Positions 49,070 through 59,123 of a stretch of 64,000 nucleotides of DNA are shown piece by piece. The stretch lies in contig JBBRWS010000003.1 of assembly GCA_038249055.1 (NCBI GenBank), positions 24,374 through 88,373 of the forward strand, given 5' to 3'. How positions within the stretch are numbered: position 1 is the first letter of the stretch; each line of letters opens with the position of its first letter. The notes beneath the pieces were generated by a model. The model did no database searches, was not told the origin of the DNA, and saw only the letters and a program-made list of their open reading frames with translations. This DNA comes from Minisyncoccia bacterium (GTDB lineage Bacteria > Patescibacteriota > Minisyncoccia > Phycocordibacterales > UBA9973). Both the position numbers and the translations under genes were made by a program.

Positions 49070-49514
49070 TGTCTAATTTTACCACAAAATTATTGTAAAA
49101 AGAGTAAAATAGACCTCCCTAGATAGGATTGGTCGCTTTCATCAATTTTAACTGCTCGTCTGTTTGAAACGAAGTGGAAACTTTTTTTAGAAAAATTAAA
49201 TAAAATCTATTATTTAATTTCTTCTTTCCCCCTCCAATTTATTTCAAAAGAAATAGAATATTTATTAGGAATTTTCCACTTAGAAAATCTAAAACAAAGA
49301 AACTGAAATTTATTTTCATTAATCCTCCCAAAGCCAAACCTATTTAAAGTAAGTTCTATGTCTATAACCATTTAACAAGTATAGCAAAGGTTCCAAAGTA
49401 TATAAAGGTGTCAAAAATACTATTATTAAATAATAGTTAAATTATGTGATCTAAAATTGGAGTAATGTTCTAATTATTATTTTTAATAAATAATAAAAGT
49501 ACCATTGTTTAGAA

Positions 49515-49724
49515 CTAGAATTTGTCGTTTAGATATTTACTGGCGATACTCAATGCAAATGAAGGCAGTATTACAAAAACAGTTGCAAATAAGAGCCTAA
49601 TAAATATTTGGCTTATAGTCGAATCTGGTGCGTCTGGTCCAGAACCAGTTATTACAACTAAAATACCAATAATTCCAAAAACAATGGATGAATAAATAAA
49701 AATTCGCGTTGCTATTTTTTGCAT
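49515..49724 (-). CDS. Small membrane protein
   Basis: 69 aa, 2 TM. Confidence 0.35.
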   Translation of the reverse strand: MQKIATRIFIYSSIVFGIIGILVVITGSGPDAPDSTISQIFIRLLFATVFVILPSFALSIASKYLNDKF

Positions 49725-49885
49725 AGTAAGATTATATTACTAATAAAACAAAAAGTCACCTTAATATAGGGTAACTTTTTTGGATTCAAGACTGGGAAGA
49801 TATGGAAACTTTATTAAGAAAAAAATTATAATATAAAACAGGCCAATTTTATCATTGGCCTGTTTTTCAAAAAATACATTTTTGA

Positions 49886-50248
49886 TCACCTTGGAACAGT
49901 GCAACTGTCGTCAAATTTGTTAATACCAGAAGAACCTCCAAATTCATAAGTGTACCAACAGGCAAAAAGCGCCTTCCGGTCTGACCAATAGTTACCTGAA
50001 TACATCTTAGATTGAAAACATTTAATTTTCCAATGTGGGTCAGTTTTTACCTCTGATGGATTTTCAACTAATGTTGTTACTAATTCAAGACTATAAATTT
50101 TGAGACCAAACCAATCTTTGTATGACCAAATTTGTTTAAGTTTTTCAAAACTATCAACTCCATATAAAATTACATTTTCTCTTAGGGGTAAAAATAATTC
50201 TTCCCCATTTAAAAATTTTAATTTAATTACTTCAGTTTCTTGTTTCAT
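49886..50248 (-). CDS. Hypothetical protein
   Basis: 120 aa. Confidence 0.45.
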   Translation of the reverse strand: MKQETEVIKLKFLNGEELFLPLRENVILYGVDSFEKLKQIWSYKDWFGLKIYSLELVTTLVENPSEVKTDPHWKIKCFQSKMYSGNYWSDRKALFACWYTYEFGGSSGINKFDDSCTVPR

Positions 50249-50417
50249 TGTATTTATTTTTAACTGTAAGTACTATTATTACTTTTTTCTTCACATTACT
50301 TCTAATCAGAAATGATGTCAATACAACAAAATAACCCTAATATGATTAAGGTTAAAATTGATGAATTTTAACTTGGAAAGAAGTGAGAACTTTGACAGAG
50401 AAGATAAATGAGTAATA

Positions 50418-51203
50418 TTAATCGATTTTCGTAGATATCTGGATATTATTGGTCTTTATTTTTTCTATTACAGCTCTAAATAAATCTTGAAGTCTACCAT
50501 TATAACGCAAGTTATTTTCATCTGGATTCTCAGGATTTAAATAATAAATAGGGTCAACAATACTAGCCACTTGTTTTTCAATATCCTCATCCATTTTGAC
50601 CTTATCTCTACTTAGAATACCTGTACGAACGAGTAAAGTTCTACCAAGTAAATCCATCAATCTTTCCTTATACCATTGGTGTGAAGTAGAGATGGATTCG
50701 TCTATTTCTGTTCCCTCTCTTAGTCTAGCTGTTGCTTCATGACTAAGTACTTCGTGAGTAATTCTTTCCTCTGTGCTACGTTCCTGTAAACGATCTTCGG
50801 GAATCTTAAAAAATATTATGCCATCTTTTTCTAATGAACCACCCCCTGTACCATAAACAGTGGGCGCTAGAATAAAATTTTTAGAAGGTTTAAATCCATA
50901 AAGTTCTTGTATGGCTCCTGTCATTTTTTTGAATATCTTATTCCAAGTATTATTTAATTCCAGAGCATAAGATTCATAGTTGTTTTGATTTTTTAAATAA
51001 TCCTGCTGAACAGCTTTTTCAACATCTTCTCTTTTGTAATTTTTAGGGTCAATACTTATAGGAAGATTTAAATAATCTGAATATCCTAATTTTTCATATC
51101 TTTCATAATTTTTTAAATACCATAAAATACGATTAATCTCATTATTAATAATATCTTCTTTTTTTGAAATTACTTCAATTTTTATTCCTCTATTTTGTTC
51201 CAT
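50418..51203 (-). CDS. Hypothetical protein
   Basis: 261 aa. Confidence 0.5.
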   Translation of the reverse strand: MEQNRGIKIEVISKKEDIINNEINRILWYLKNYERYEKLGYSDYLNLPISIDPKNYKREDVEKAVQQDYLKNQNNYESYALELNNTWNKIFKKMTGAIQELYGFKPSKNFILAPTVYGTGGGSLEKDGIIFFKIPEDRLQERSTEERITHEVLSHEATARLREGTEIDESISTSHQWYKERLMDLLGRTLLVRTGILSRDKVKMDEDIEKQVASIVDPIYYLNPENPDENNLRYNGRLQDLFRAVIEKIKTNNIQISTKID

Positions 51204-51473
51204 CTTTTTTATAAGCTTATCTTCTCCTTCTATTGGCTATTCAACATATTTACTTGATTCTAAATTAGTTTCTATATTATTTAATTTATTACTCCTAATT
51301 TGCTCAAGAATATCTTCTTCTAAATAATTTTCTTTCATACAATTATTCTACCATAGGTTCAAATTTCTATTAATGTAAACAAATAACTCGTATGAAAATA
51401 TAAGTCAAATTGCCTTTGATCCGAACTTATGGTGTAGTAGAAACTTTTTTAAGAAATATTAAATAAAAAATAA

Positions 51474-51920
51474 TTATTTTTCTAAAATATCTTTTAGTTT
51501 AAATACAAAAGCTTTTTCCCAAAACTTCATTGAATACCAACTTAGAAGAGGCCCCGCTATCAGTCTTAGCCATTTATTGTGAATATCAACTTCATAAACA
51601 TAATTAATCCTCGTTCCCTCTTCTATTTCTTCCATTAAAAATTCTTCATGACCAGATATACCTAATTTTGAATTCTCATTATCAGAAATGTATCCCGTCC
51701 TCGGAATAATCTCTGTTTTCATTTTTACTGGAAACACCATGCCGAAAGACTTTACTTTTGCATCAATTTCTAATTTATTACCATCTTTCTTAGCAATAAC
51801 CAATGACTCTGCAACAGTTGTAAAATTGTTTGGCATATTTTCAAAATCACTAATAATTTTAAAAACTTGATCAATAGGAGCTTTAATAACCCAAGAACCT
51901 TTTAAGTTAATATGTTTCAT
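51474..51920 (-). CDS. SRPBCC (Bet v1/polyketide cyclase-like) superfamily protein
   Basis: 148 aa; SWVIKAPIDQVFKIISDFENMPNNF N-terminus typical of SRPBCC/Polyketide_cyc2. Confidence 0.45.
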   Translation of the reverse strand: MKHINLKGSWVIKAPIDQVFKIISDFENMPNNFTTVAESLVIAKKDGNKLEIDAKVKSFGMVFPVKMKTEIIPRTGYISDNENSKLGISGHEEFLMEEIEEGTRINYVYEVDIHNKWLRLIAGPLLSWYSMKFWEKAFVFKLKDILEK

Positions 51921-52178
51921 TATTTTATTATACCAAAAAAATATAATTCACTTGCTCTGTGAGTATTGTATCTTCCCCTACCTAAGGAGGCGAATGTGCT
52001 CATTCGCATGTTCAGTATCTTTTTTTATTTCGGTTATCATCAAAAAAAACGAAAAGATTTCAATCTCCTCTCGGTCCGACTCTCTAATCGACTACACACA
52101 AGACAACCAAGTAGGTCATTTTACTAAATGAACAATCAGCTCGCTCTGAATTTAATCAACGTAATTTTGACTTACTAA

Positions 52179-52766
52179 TTACCCTTTTGGAAATATCTTT
52201 TCCAAAGAATCTCCTGGTTCTATTTCATATTTTTCTTTTTGCTCAGTTTCTTCTTTTTCACCTATAAACTTGATTATTGCTCCCATTCTCTTTTCCGCAA
52301 TTTCAGAATATTCGTCAAAAATTCTTTTTGCATCTACTGGAAGAAGTTGTTTTTTATTTAAAAAGCCATTATATGTTTCTTTAAATTTCTTGTCATTAAT
52401 ATCTTGGTAATTGTAATGGATATCAACATCTTGCCCATTGATTTCTCCTTTTATAATATTATCCTCCCATCCATAACCATATTCCTCTTTCTTAAAAGCT
52501 AAGTCGGAATTTTTCATTTTTTCAAAATATTTTTGTTCTTCACTTTCTGCCCCCTTTCCTTCAGATGCTTTTCTAGCTTCAAGTTCAAGTTCAGCATCTA
52601 TTTTTATAATATCTTCTTTGGTTATATCTTTATTTTTAAACGAAGAAATTTCCACTGTTCTAAGAAAATCTATAACTTTCTCTTTTAATGAAGGATTTAT
52701 AATACCTTCAACTCTCTTTTCATAGTTTTTTTGTGAATTAATTTGTTCTGGGTTAAATTTTTCCAT
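52179..52766 (-). CDS. Hypothetical acidic protein
   Basis: 195 aa. Confidence 0.5.
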   Translation of the reverse strand: MEKFNPEQINSQKNYEKRVEGIINPSLKEKVIDFLRTVEISSFKNKDITKEDIIKIDAELELEARKASEGKGAESEEQKYFEKMKNSDLAFKKEEYGYGWEDNIIKGEINGQDVDIHYNYQDINDKKFKETYNGFLNKKQLLPVDAKRIFDEYSEIAEKRMGAIIKFIGEKEETEQKEKYEIEPGDSLEKIFPKG

Positions 52767-52974
52767 AAATAATTATAAAATTAATAATAATTAATTATAA
52801 CTATTAAATACCTAACAAACAAGATTATTCTTGATACTCCGGACTTGGGACGAAGTGGAAACATTTATATTAAATAATAAAAATTAGCAATTAATTTTAA
52901 TTCTTAAAAAAGTTAAAAATTGTAATGGTAGTGATAAAGTATTATAATTAAATGGTATTAATAAATTTATATTT

Positions 52975-53466
52975 ATGATAATTAACGATACTAATAACAA
53001 TACGGAGATAGAAAGATTTAAACGATTAGTGGACATTTCTAGTGATTGGGTTTGGGAAACTGATGATAAGGGTGTTTTCACTTATTCAAGTGGGGGTGCT
53101 GAGAGAATTTTAGGATACAGTACTGGTGAACTTGTCGGGAAAAATTATAAAAACTTTTTAAGAAAATCAGAGTTGAATGAAAATCATGACGGTTTTACAA
53201 AAGAATTGCATACCCATATAAAAAAAGATGGCACAGATTGTATAATGGAATCTGTAAAAATAGCTAAATTAAACGAGAATGGTTTGGTCGTTGGGTATAT
53301 GGGAGTTGACCACGATATTACAGAAAAAGTAACTACACTTAAAAAACTTGAAGAACAATTTTCTGAAATAGAAAAAAGAAATAAGTTTTTAATAGATAGA
53401 GAATTAAAGATGATAGAACTCAAAAAAGAGAACGAGGAGCTTAAAAAGAAATTAGAAAACAAATAA
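52975..53466 (+). CDS. PAS domain protein with C-terminal coiled coil
   Basis: DISSDWVWETDDKGVFTYSSGGAERILGYSTGELVGKNY PAS core. Confidence 0.6.
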   Translation: MIINDTNNNTEIERFKRLVDISSDWVWETDDKGVFTYSSGGAERILGYSTGELVGKNYKNFLRKSELNENHDGFTKELHTHIKKDGTDCIMESVKIAKLNENGLVVGYMGVDHDITEKVTTLKKLEEQFSEIEKRNKFLIDRELKMIELKKENEELKKKLENK

Positions 53467-53569
53467 AAAGGCCATTATAAAATATGGTGAAAAATATGCT
53501 CCGTGGGTTGGACGCAGTTCGAACTTGTATAATTGAACAAAAGTTATTTGAAATGAAGGCAATATAACT

Positions 53570-54568
53570 TTAATACATTTTCAGTGAAAAAGGATAAGGA
53601 ATATAATTTTCAATATATTCTTCTAAAAAATCTGCCTTTTCTGGAGAATAAATATAATCCCTAGAATTATTAGATATATTATAATTTATATCCTTAACCA
53701 TCTTTCCATCAACTATAATCCCCGATAGAACATCAATTTTTTTACGGTGCAGAAAAAGACACAAATTTTTAGTTATTGGGAAAAATAGTTCAGTATGTGG
53801 GCCACCTAAACTTTTATAATCATAAGGAAAAGCAACCTTATCTTCTGGGACAAAGTAAACAGCTGGTGCATCGGATGTGATAAAATAATTAGGATCTTCA
53901 CATTGTATAATTTGAATAGTCATATCTGAGAGCACATTACTATACATAGTTAAATTTGTAAAAATATGCTTAATAAACAGATTTCTTGGTAAACTTACTT
54001 CAAAATTTCCATCCTCCATCATTTTTATATATTTTTTTGTTGCGCCGTCTGCTTGCTCTTCAGTCATATCTGGAAATTTCTTCTTAAGGTGATCTTTCAT
54101 TTCAGTAATTCTATTACTATTAGAAGATTCAGCCCAATTTTGAGCCTGAGCACTAGCTTTATATATTTCTTCCATCTCAATTTTACTATGCAAAGTTCTA
54201 CTAAGCATTGAGGCAATAAGGGTAATAATGTATTCTCTGTATTTATCAAATATCAACGTAGCATCAAAAAAATTATTTTCTACAAAAGATACGAAATCTT
54301 TATATTTGGATTCAAACTCTTCGCTGAAGAAATCTTCAAAGATGTTTTTATCTTCAAATTCATCGTCCTGGGGAATATATAAATTATTTTTTACGCCAAT
54401 GATATTTAATCCATCCTCTCCCTGAACTACCAGCACTCTATCAGATTTTTCAATGTTATTCTCGAAAAACTTTTTACCTTTTTTGTAAACAAATAATTGT
54501 TCCTCCTTATTCCAAAATTTTTTAAGATATACTTTGGGGATATAATGGTTACGGCTTTTAATTTCCAT
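53570..54568 (-). CDS. DUF4238 family protein
   Basis: N-terminal NHYIPKVYLKKF matches the HYxPxFYLxxF signature of DUF4238. Confidence 0.55.
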   Translation of the reverse strand: MEIKSRNHYIPKVYLKKFWNKEEQLFVYKKGKKFFENNIEKSDRVLVVQGEDGLNIIGVKNNLYIPQDDEFEDKNIFEDFFSEEFESKYKDFVSFVENNFFDATLIFDKYREYIITLIASMLSRTLHSKIEMEEIYKASAQAQNWAESSNSNRITEMKDHLKKKFPDMTEEQADGATKKYIKMMEDGNFEVSLPRNLFIKHIFTNLTMYSNVLSDMTIQIIQCEDPNYFITSDAPAVYFVPEDKVAFPYDYKSLGGPHTELFFPITKNLCLFLHRKKIDVLSGIIVDGKMVKDINYNISNNSRDYIYSPEKADFLEEYIENYIPYPFSLKMY

Positions 54569-54662
54569 ATTTATATTTTAACATTTTTATACCATACTAC
54601 ATATGACTATAATTTTTTAGGATAATTATATTTTATCATTTGAAAATGTTGCGAGTTTTTAT

Positions 54663-55205
54663 TTATTTTAGATTAAGATATTTATCAAACCTATCTTTTT
54701 CAGTTGGGAATTTAGATGTACCTAACTCATATAATTTTTGTGTAAATCCATACATACCCATTTTATTTAACATAAACATCATAACCATAATTGGTTCACA
54801 GCTTTCTGATAAATCTATAGATTTTTTCATATATTCCATAGCTCTGTTTTCGTCACCTAATAAAAATAAGGTCCTCCCTATTTTATCTAAAACAGCTCCA
54901 TTATTTGGTTCAAGTTGTAATGAAACCCAATAATCACTAAAAGCTTTTTCATAATCATTAATCTCACAATAAGCATCTCCCCTTAATACCCATATATAAA
55001 ATAAAGAATCGTCTAATTTTAAACAATCCGAAAAAGAATCAATAGATTCTTTATACAGTTCTAAGTGTAACAATGAGCTTGCTTTGTAAGATAAGGCTGT
55101 AAAATTATTTACATTCTCTTTTAAAATTTTTGCAGATAAAGATAAGCAATCTCCATACTTTTCATTATTATATAATTCTCTTATTTGTTGTATTTCTTCA
55201 TCCAT
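54663..55205 (-). CDS. Tetratricopeptide repeat protein
   Basis: Four TPR-like 34-aa units (W-LG-Y-A-F-P pattern). Confidence 0.7.
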   Translation of the reverse strand: MDEEIQQIRELYNNEKYGDCLSLSAKILKENVNNFTALSYKASSLLHLELYKESIDSFSDCLKLDDSLFYIWVLRGDAYCEINDYEKAFSDYWVSLQLEPNNGAVLDKIGRTLFLLGDENRAMEYMKKSIDLSESCEPIMVMMFMLNKMGMYGFTQKLYELGTSKFPTEKDRFDKYLNLK

Positions 55206-55269
55206 AATTATTTGTAAGAATAAATATCTACTTGATTACTTCCATTTTTACAAAAACTGTATATAAATA

Positions 55270-56391
55270 TTATTTTTTAAATACATTCTCTCTGTGATAA
55301 GCTAAATATTTTTTGTGATCATCTTCAATTTTTGAAAGTTTCATTTCTTTATTTATTCCCAAAAAACCAAAATTTTCAGCACTTAATTTACTTGAAAATA
55401 TTATTTTACCAGCATCATCAAAAGAAATTAATCCAATATCAAACAATTTATCAATATTTGGAATGAGTAATAAACCATTATATTGATCAATTACCTCTTT
55501 AGTATCGCAATCACTCCACGGTTTTATATGTGATGCAACAAGGACCCTAAGGTCATCGCATCCTGTGACACAACATTTCCACCAATATTCAATCAGATAA
55601 TTTCTAAAAAGACCTTGCCCAATTCTCGCTTTAATTATAGTTTCTCTATCTTTTGATACCAATTCTTTGTAATTTCTAATCTTTTGTTCTATGTCTTTTT
55701 GAGGAATATTTAATTTAGCTAACTTATCTTCAATATCCGAAATTATCCAAACAAAAGAATGTGCATTAAGCAAAGAAACATCTTTTATCCCTTTAGTTAA
55801 TAACAACTCTCTAGTCTGATTTAATAAACTATTATAACTGCAATAATTATTCCAAGAGCATTGATGATTTAACTTAAAATCAATGACACCCAATTTACCA
55901 AAAGCAATATCAAAATTATTTGGACTAGTTGGCATATATTGAGCTTTATCTTTTATAAAAAATAGATATGCTAATAAGGGGTAATTTTTACCAAAATATT
56001 CAATAAAGATATTAAATGATTCCTCATCTGTTTTTACTCCAGTAAAGAAATCAAATAGACATTTTTCATAATCATTTATTTCTTTATCTTTAGCTTTATT
56101 TTCAAATTTTACAGTAAGCCTCCAGTCAACAAGATTGTTTTCGTTATTACTAAGTTTTATAGCAGAAAGAACAGATTGAAATATTTTACCTGTTCCAATA
56201 TCCTCAGTTTTCCAATTCCAAAAACCTAATATATTACGAGCTTTTTCATAAATTTCGTCTTTATAACCCTCGTTTCCCTCTGTAAATCTATTTGATGGAA
56301 AAGAAACAAAAGACGTTTTACTTTCATTCTCAACAAAAACCTTAAATAACTGGAAATATTTTTCAAAACAAAATTCATCAATTTTAAACAT
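55270..56391 (-). CDS. HNH nuclease (HNH_2-type C-terminal domain) fused to ~270-aa unknown N-terminal domain
   Basis: C-terminus RIGQGLFRNYLIEYWWKCCVTGCDDLRVLVASHIKPWSDC...NGLLLIPNIDKLFDIGLISFD. Confidence 0.65.
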   Translation of the reverse strand: MFKIDEFCFEKYFQLFKVFVENESKTSFVSFPSNRFTEGNEGYKDEIYEKARNILGFWNWKTEDIGTGKIFQSVLSAIKLSNNENNLVDWRLTVKFENKAKDKEINDYEKCLFDFFTGVKTDEESFNIFIEYFGKNYPLLAYLFFIKDKAQYMPTSPNNFDIAFGKLGVIDFKLNHQCSWNNYCSYNSLLNQTRELLLTKGIKDVSLLNAHSFVWIISDIEDKLAKLNIPQKDIEQKIRNYKELVSKDRETIIKARIGQGLFRNYLIEYWWKCCVTGCDDLRVLVASHIKPWSDCDTKEVIDQYNGLLLIPNIDKLFDIGLISFDDAGKIIFSSKLSAENFGFLGINKEMKLSKIEDDHKKYLAYHRENVFKK

Positions 56392-56412
56392 ATTTTTTAA
56401 TTAATATCTATT

Positions 56413-56844
56413 TTATAAACCGTGCTCCCTTAAACACCTATTGTATGTATTTTCACTTAATACCTTACTTACTTTTTTTGTTTCGGGGCTTGGATTTCTC
56501 TCTATCGTATTTGCACTTATTTCCTCACATTTATTCAGCTCAATTTTTTGTGTTTCAGAGGTATAATTTTCGGTATCTTTCATATATTGATAAAACTTAA
56601 TACTATAAATAGGATTACTACCTCTAAATGGTGCAGCTGGATATTTTAATTTGCACTGTTCAAATTCATTTGCATTTTGTTCGGCTTGTTCTTTTGTTAC
56701 TCCAACATCAGCTGGAATAATTGTTATCTGCTGTGAACAACTCTTTTTTATATTAGTTGGTCTTAATTGAAACCAATAAAAAGCACCTAAAATAACTATT
56801 AAAACTATAATAATTATTCCTTTGTATTCTTTAATTTTTTCCAT
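56413..56844 (-). CDS. Hypothetical membrane-anchored protein
   Basis: 143 aa, N-terminal TM, Cys-containing extracytoplasmic part. Confidence 0.45.
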   Translation of the reverse strand: MEKIKEYKGIIIIVLIVILGAFYWFQLRPTNIKKSCSQQITIIPADVGVTKEQAEQNANEFEQCKLKYPAAPFRGSNPIYSIKFYQYMKDTENYTSETQKIELNKCEEISANTIERNPSPETKKVSKVLSENTYNRCLREHGL

Positions 56845-56885
56845 ACTAATCTTATTCTACCACTTTTACCCCACAGTGCATATCA

Positions 56886-57467
56886 CTATAGTTTTTTAGG
56901 ACAACAAATATATTTAGTTGCTTGAAACCATTCCTCTGTAGCAATTTTTTTCCATTGCTTTATATAGGGGATATTAGTGTTATTAAGATCTGGGTCATCT
57001 ATGAATTTATCCATAAAATTTTCAGGGATAATTCCACAAAAATAATTATCGGTCATCATTTGAGATATTACTAAACCTAAGCAATTACTGAATAATTTTT
57101 TATCAAATTTAATATCTAGTCGTTCTAAAATATCCCAAGGCATCATAAATCTGTTCGTGCACCCAAACTCAAATATCATACCTTTATTGACCAACTTAAA
57201 TTCCTCAAACTTTTCACTAAAATAATGAAAAACTGTCATTAAAAATGCCGTGTGAATAGCCATAAAATAAATAAAGTGTTTTTTCTTAAGGAGATAATGA
57301 TTATTCTCTTTGAGGAGTTGTAAATCATCAACGTTGCGTGTATTGTTTTCTTTATCATTGCAGTAATTAGGATATACACAAGCCTGCTTAAAAATTTCTA
57401 AATCTTTAGGATATTGAATATGGTAATAATCATAAAGAGAATTAAATTGCTCTGTATCATTTTCCAT
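56886..57467 (-). CDS. Hypothetical protein
   Basis: 193 aa. Confidence 0.45.
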   Translation of the reverse strand: MENDTEQFNSLYDYYHIQYPKDLEIFKQACVYPNYCNDKENNTRNVDDLQLLKENNHYLLKKKHFIYFMAIHTAFLMTVFHYFSEKFEEFKLVNKGMIFEFGCTNRFMMPWDILERLDIKFDKKLFSNCLGLVISQMMTDNYFCGIIPENFMDKFIDDPDLNNTNIPYIKQWKKIATEEWFQATKYICCPKKL

Positions 57468-57472
57468 AGAAT

Positions 57473-58072
57473 TTAATGAAATAGAAACTTTCTATTATTA
57501 AAATAAATCCAATTAGGTAATACCCATATTAGACCAAACAAAATAATAGTAATAATAAACATTGTGACATCTAATTTTGATAATGCAAGTATAATTGTTT
57601 CAAATATTAAAACAAAGAAATTCATTTCCCAAGCCCATAATTTTCTCTTTTTCAATCCCCAAAAAAGGACTCCTGAAATTACTATTTGCAACACAGACAC
57701 AACTATCCAAATTACATTACTGTGTAAATCTATAAGAACGAGTAGATTTAATATACCTAAAATAACGGATAATGGTAATCTAATATAAACATAAAAATTA
57801 AACCAGCCAAGGTTTTTACTGCTTACTCTTTTTGGGTGATTAACTGAATTTATTTTTTTTTCAATTTTACTTACTATTCTTTCTACTGCATAGTCCATTT
57901 GCCAATCCTCGTTTATATAATTAGCTTTTTCTATTTTTTCTCTAATTAAATTTTGAAGTTCCTTTTCAGGAATATTTTTTAAATTTATCCCCTCAAAGGA
58001 AACAATATCATTAAAAATAATATCCTCTATATTTGCATCATTATTTTGTTTATTTTCTATTGAATTATTCAT
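57473..58072 (-). CDS. Hypothetical protein with soluble N-domain and C-terminal 4-TM bundle
   Basis: 199 aa. Confidence 0.45.
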   Translation of the reverse strand: MNNSIENKQNNDANIEDIIFNDIVSFEGINLKNIPEKELQNLIREKIEKANYINEDWQMDYAVERIVSKIEKKINSVNHPKRVSSKNLGWFNFYVYIRLPLSVILGILNLLVLIDLHSNVIWIVVSVLQIVISGVLFWGLKKRKLWAWEMNFFVLIFETIILALSKLDVTMFIITIILFGLIWVLPNWIYFNNRKFLFH

Positions 58073-58091
58073 ATCTAAAAATCAATTAACC

Positions 58092-58475
58092 CTATAAAGG
58101 GAAAATATTAAAAATTATAATCAAAGCCCAGATAAAACCTGTAATAGTTGTTGATATAATTCCTATCATTCGTCCTTTCTCTGCACCTCCTGAGGTCTTT
58201 TTGATTGATTTAATACCCATAAATAATGCAAGAACTAAGAATAATATACTCAAAACAATAGACCCCCAATATATTAAATCATTGAAACTAAAATACCAAT
58301 TACCTCCACCAATTTTAAACATAAACTGATCAAATCTAAAAACAAAAGTATTTGAGTAGTCAATCTTATCAAACAAATTGGTAAAAGGCTCACTAGATAA
58401 ATATGCTAAAACCAAAGCACTAATTGAGTAGAGAGATTCTTTATTCCACTTTTTTATATTTAGATTATTCTCCAT
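58092..58475 (-). CDS. Small membrane protein
   Basis: 127 aa, 3 TM. Confidence 0.45.
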   Translation of the reverse strand: MENNLNIKKWNKESLYSISALVLAYLSSEPFTNLFDKIDYSNTFVFRFDQFMFKIGGGNWYFSFNDLIYWGSIVLSILFLVLALFMGIKSIKKTSGGAEKGRMIGIISTTITGFIWALIIIFNIFPL

Positions 58476-58688
58476 ATAGCTAGTATACTATCTTGTAGTA
58501 AAATTTAATACTATTATTAAGCCATTTGATCTATCTGAGCCAAGTCCATCTCCAGATTCAGCAAGCACTGTTGCTCTGTCATATCCGGATATTTCTCTTG
58601 TAATTTCTTAACTGAGGCCCACAGTATCTTTGGTGGTAGTTTCGCTAATGTCGGATATTGATTTTTATCTAATAATTTTTCTTCCATA

Positions 58689-59123
58689 TTACTTATTGTG
58701 TTTATTTATTGCCCTAATTATTTTGTCTTGTTCCTCTTGATATAATCCATCTTTACCATATATATAAATATTTTTTCCTGTAGATGGACGATGTAGTATA
58801 AACGGACCAATCCATTCATCTTTATTTTTTTCTAATTTATCAAATATCATTTTTGCAGATTCACTTTCAAGTATTTGCCAAATATTATCTCTTTCCTTAA
58901 ATACATCATAAAATTCTTCAGGTTGTTTTTTAACCATTTTCCAAAAAATATTTGATCTTCTCCAAGAAGAGTAATTATATAAAAATAGTAATGTCCATTT
59001 AATAAAAAGATACAAGCCAATGATTGTGAGTATTAAAAATAACCACTTGGATTTAATAACAAAATATATGCTTAATACAAGAAGTGAAATATCTGCTATT
59101 AAAAATAGTAAAATTATAATCAT
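58689..59123 (-). CDS. Membrane protein (2 TM + cytoplasmic domain); start trimmed to internal Met
   Basis: ORF track starts at 59213 but the first 30 codons are translated from the GC-rich structured element; MIIILLFLIADIS start at 59123 is far more plausible. Confidence 0.5.
   Translation of the reverse strand: MIIILLFLIADISLLVLSIYFVIKSKWLFLILTIIGLYLFIKWTLLFLYNYSSWRRSNIFWKMVKKQPEEFYDVFKERDNIWQILESESAKMIFDKLEKNKDEWIGPFILHRPSTGKNIYIYGKDGLYQEEQDKIIRAINKHNK

Noticed and set aside
51975-51995. CCTCCTTA (16S rRNA 3'-end-like, minus strand)
   Set aside because: Similarity limited to the 8-nt anti-SD sequence; flanks do not resemble 16S rRNA
53500-53530. tRNA-like TTCGAAC (T-loop-like) sequence GACGCAGTTCGAACTTG
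   Set aside because: AGTTCGAACT is a simple palindrome; no acceptor, D or anticodon arms can be built around it
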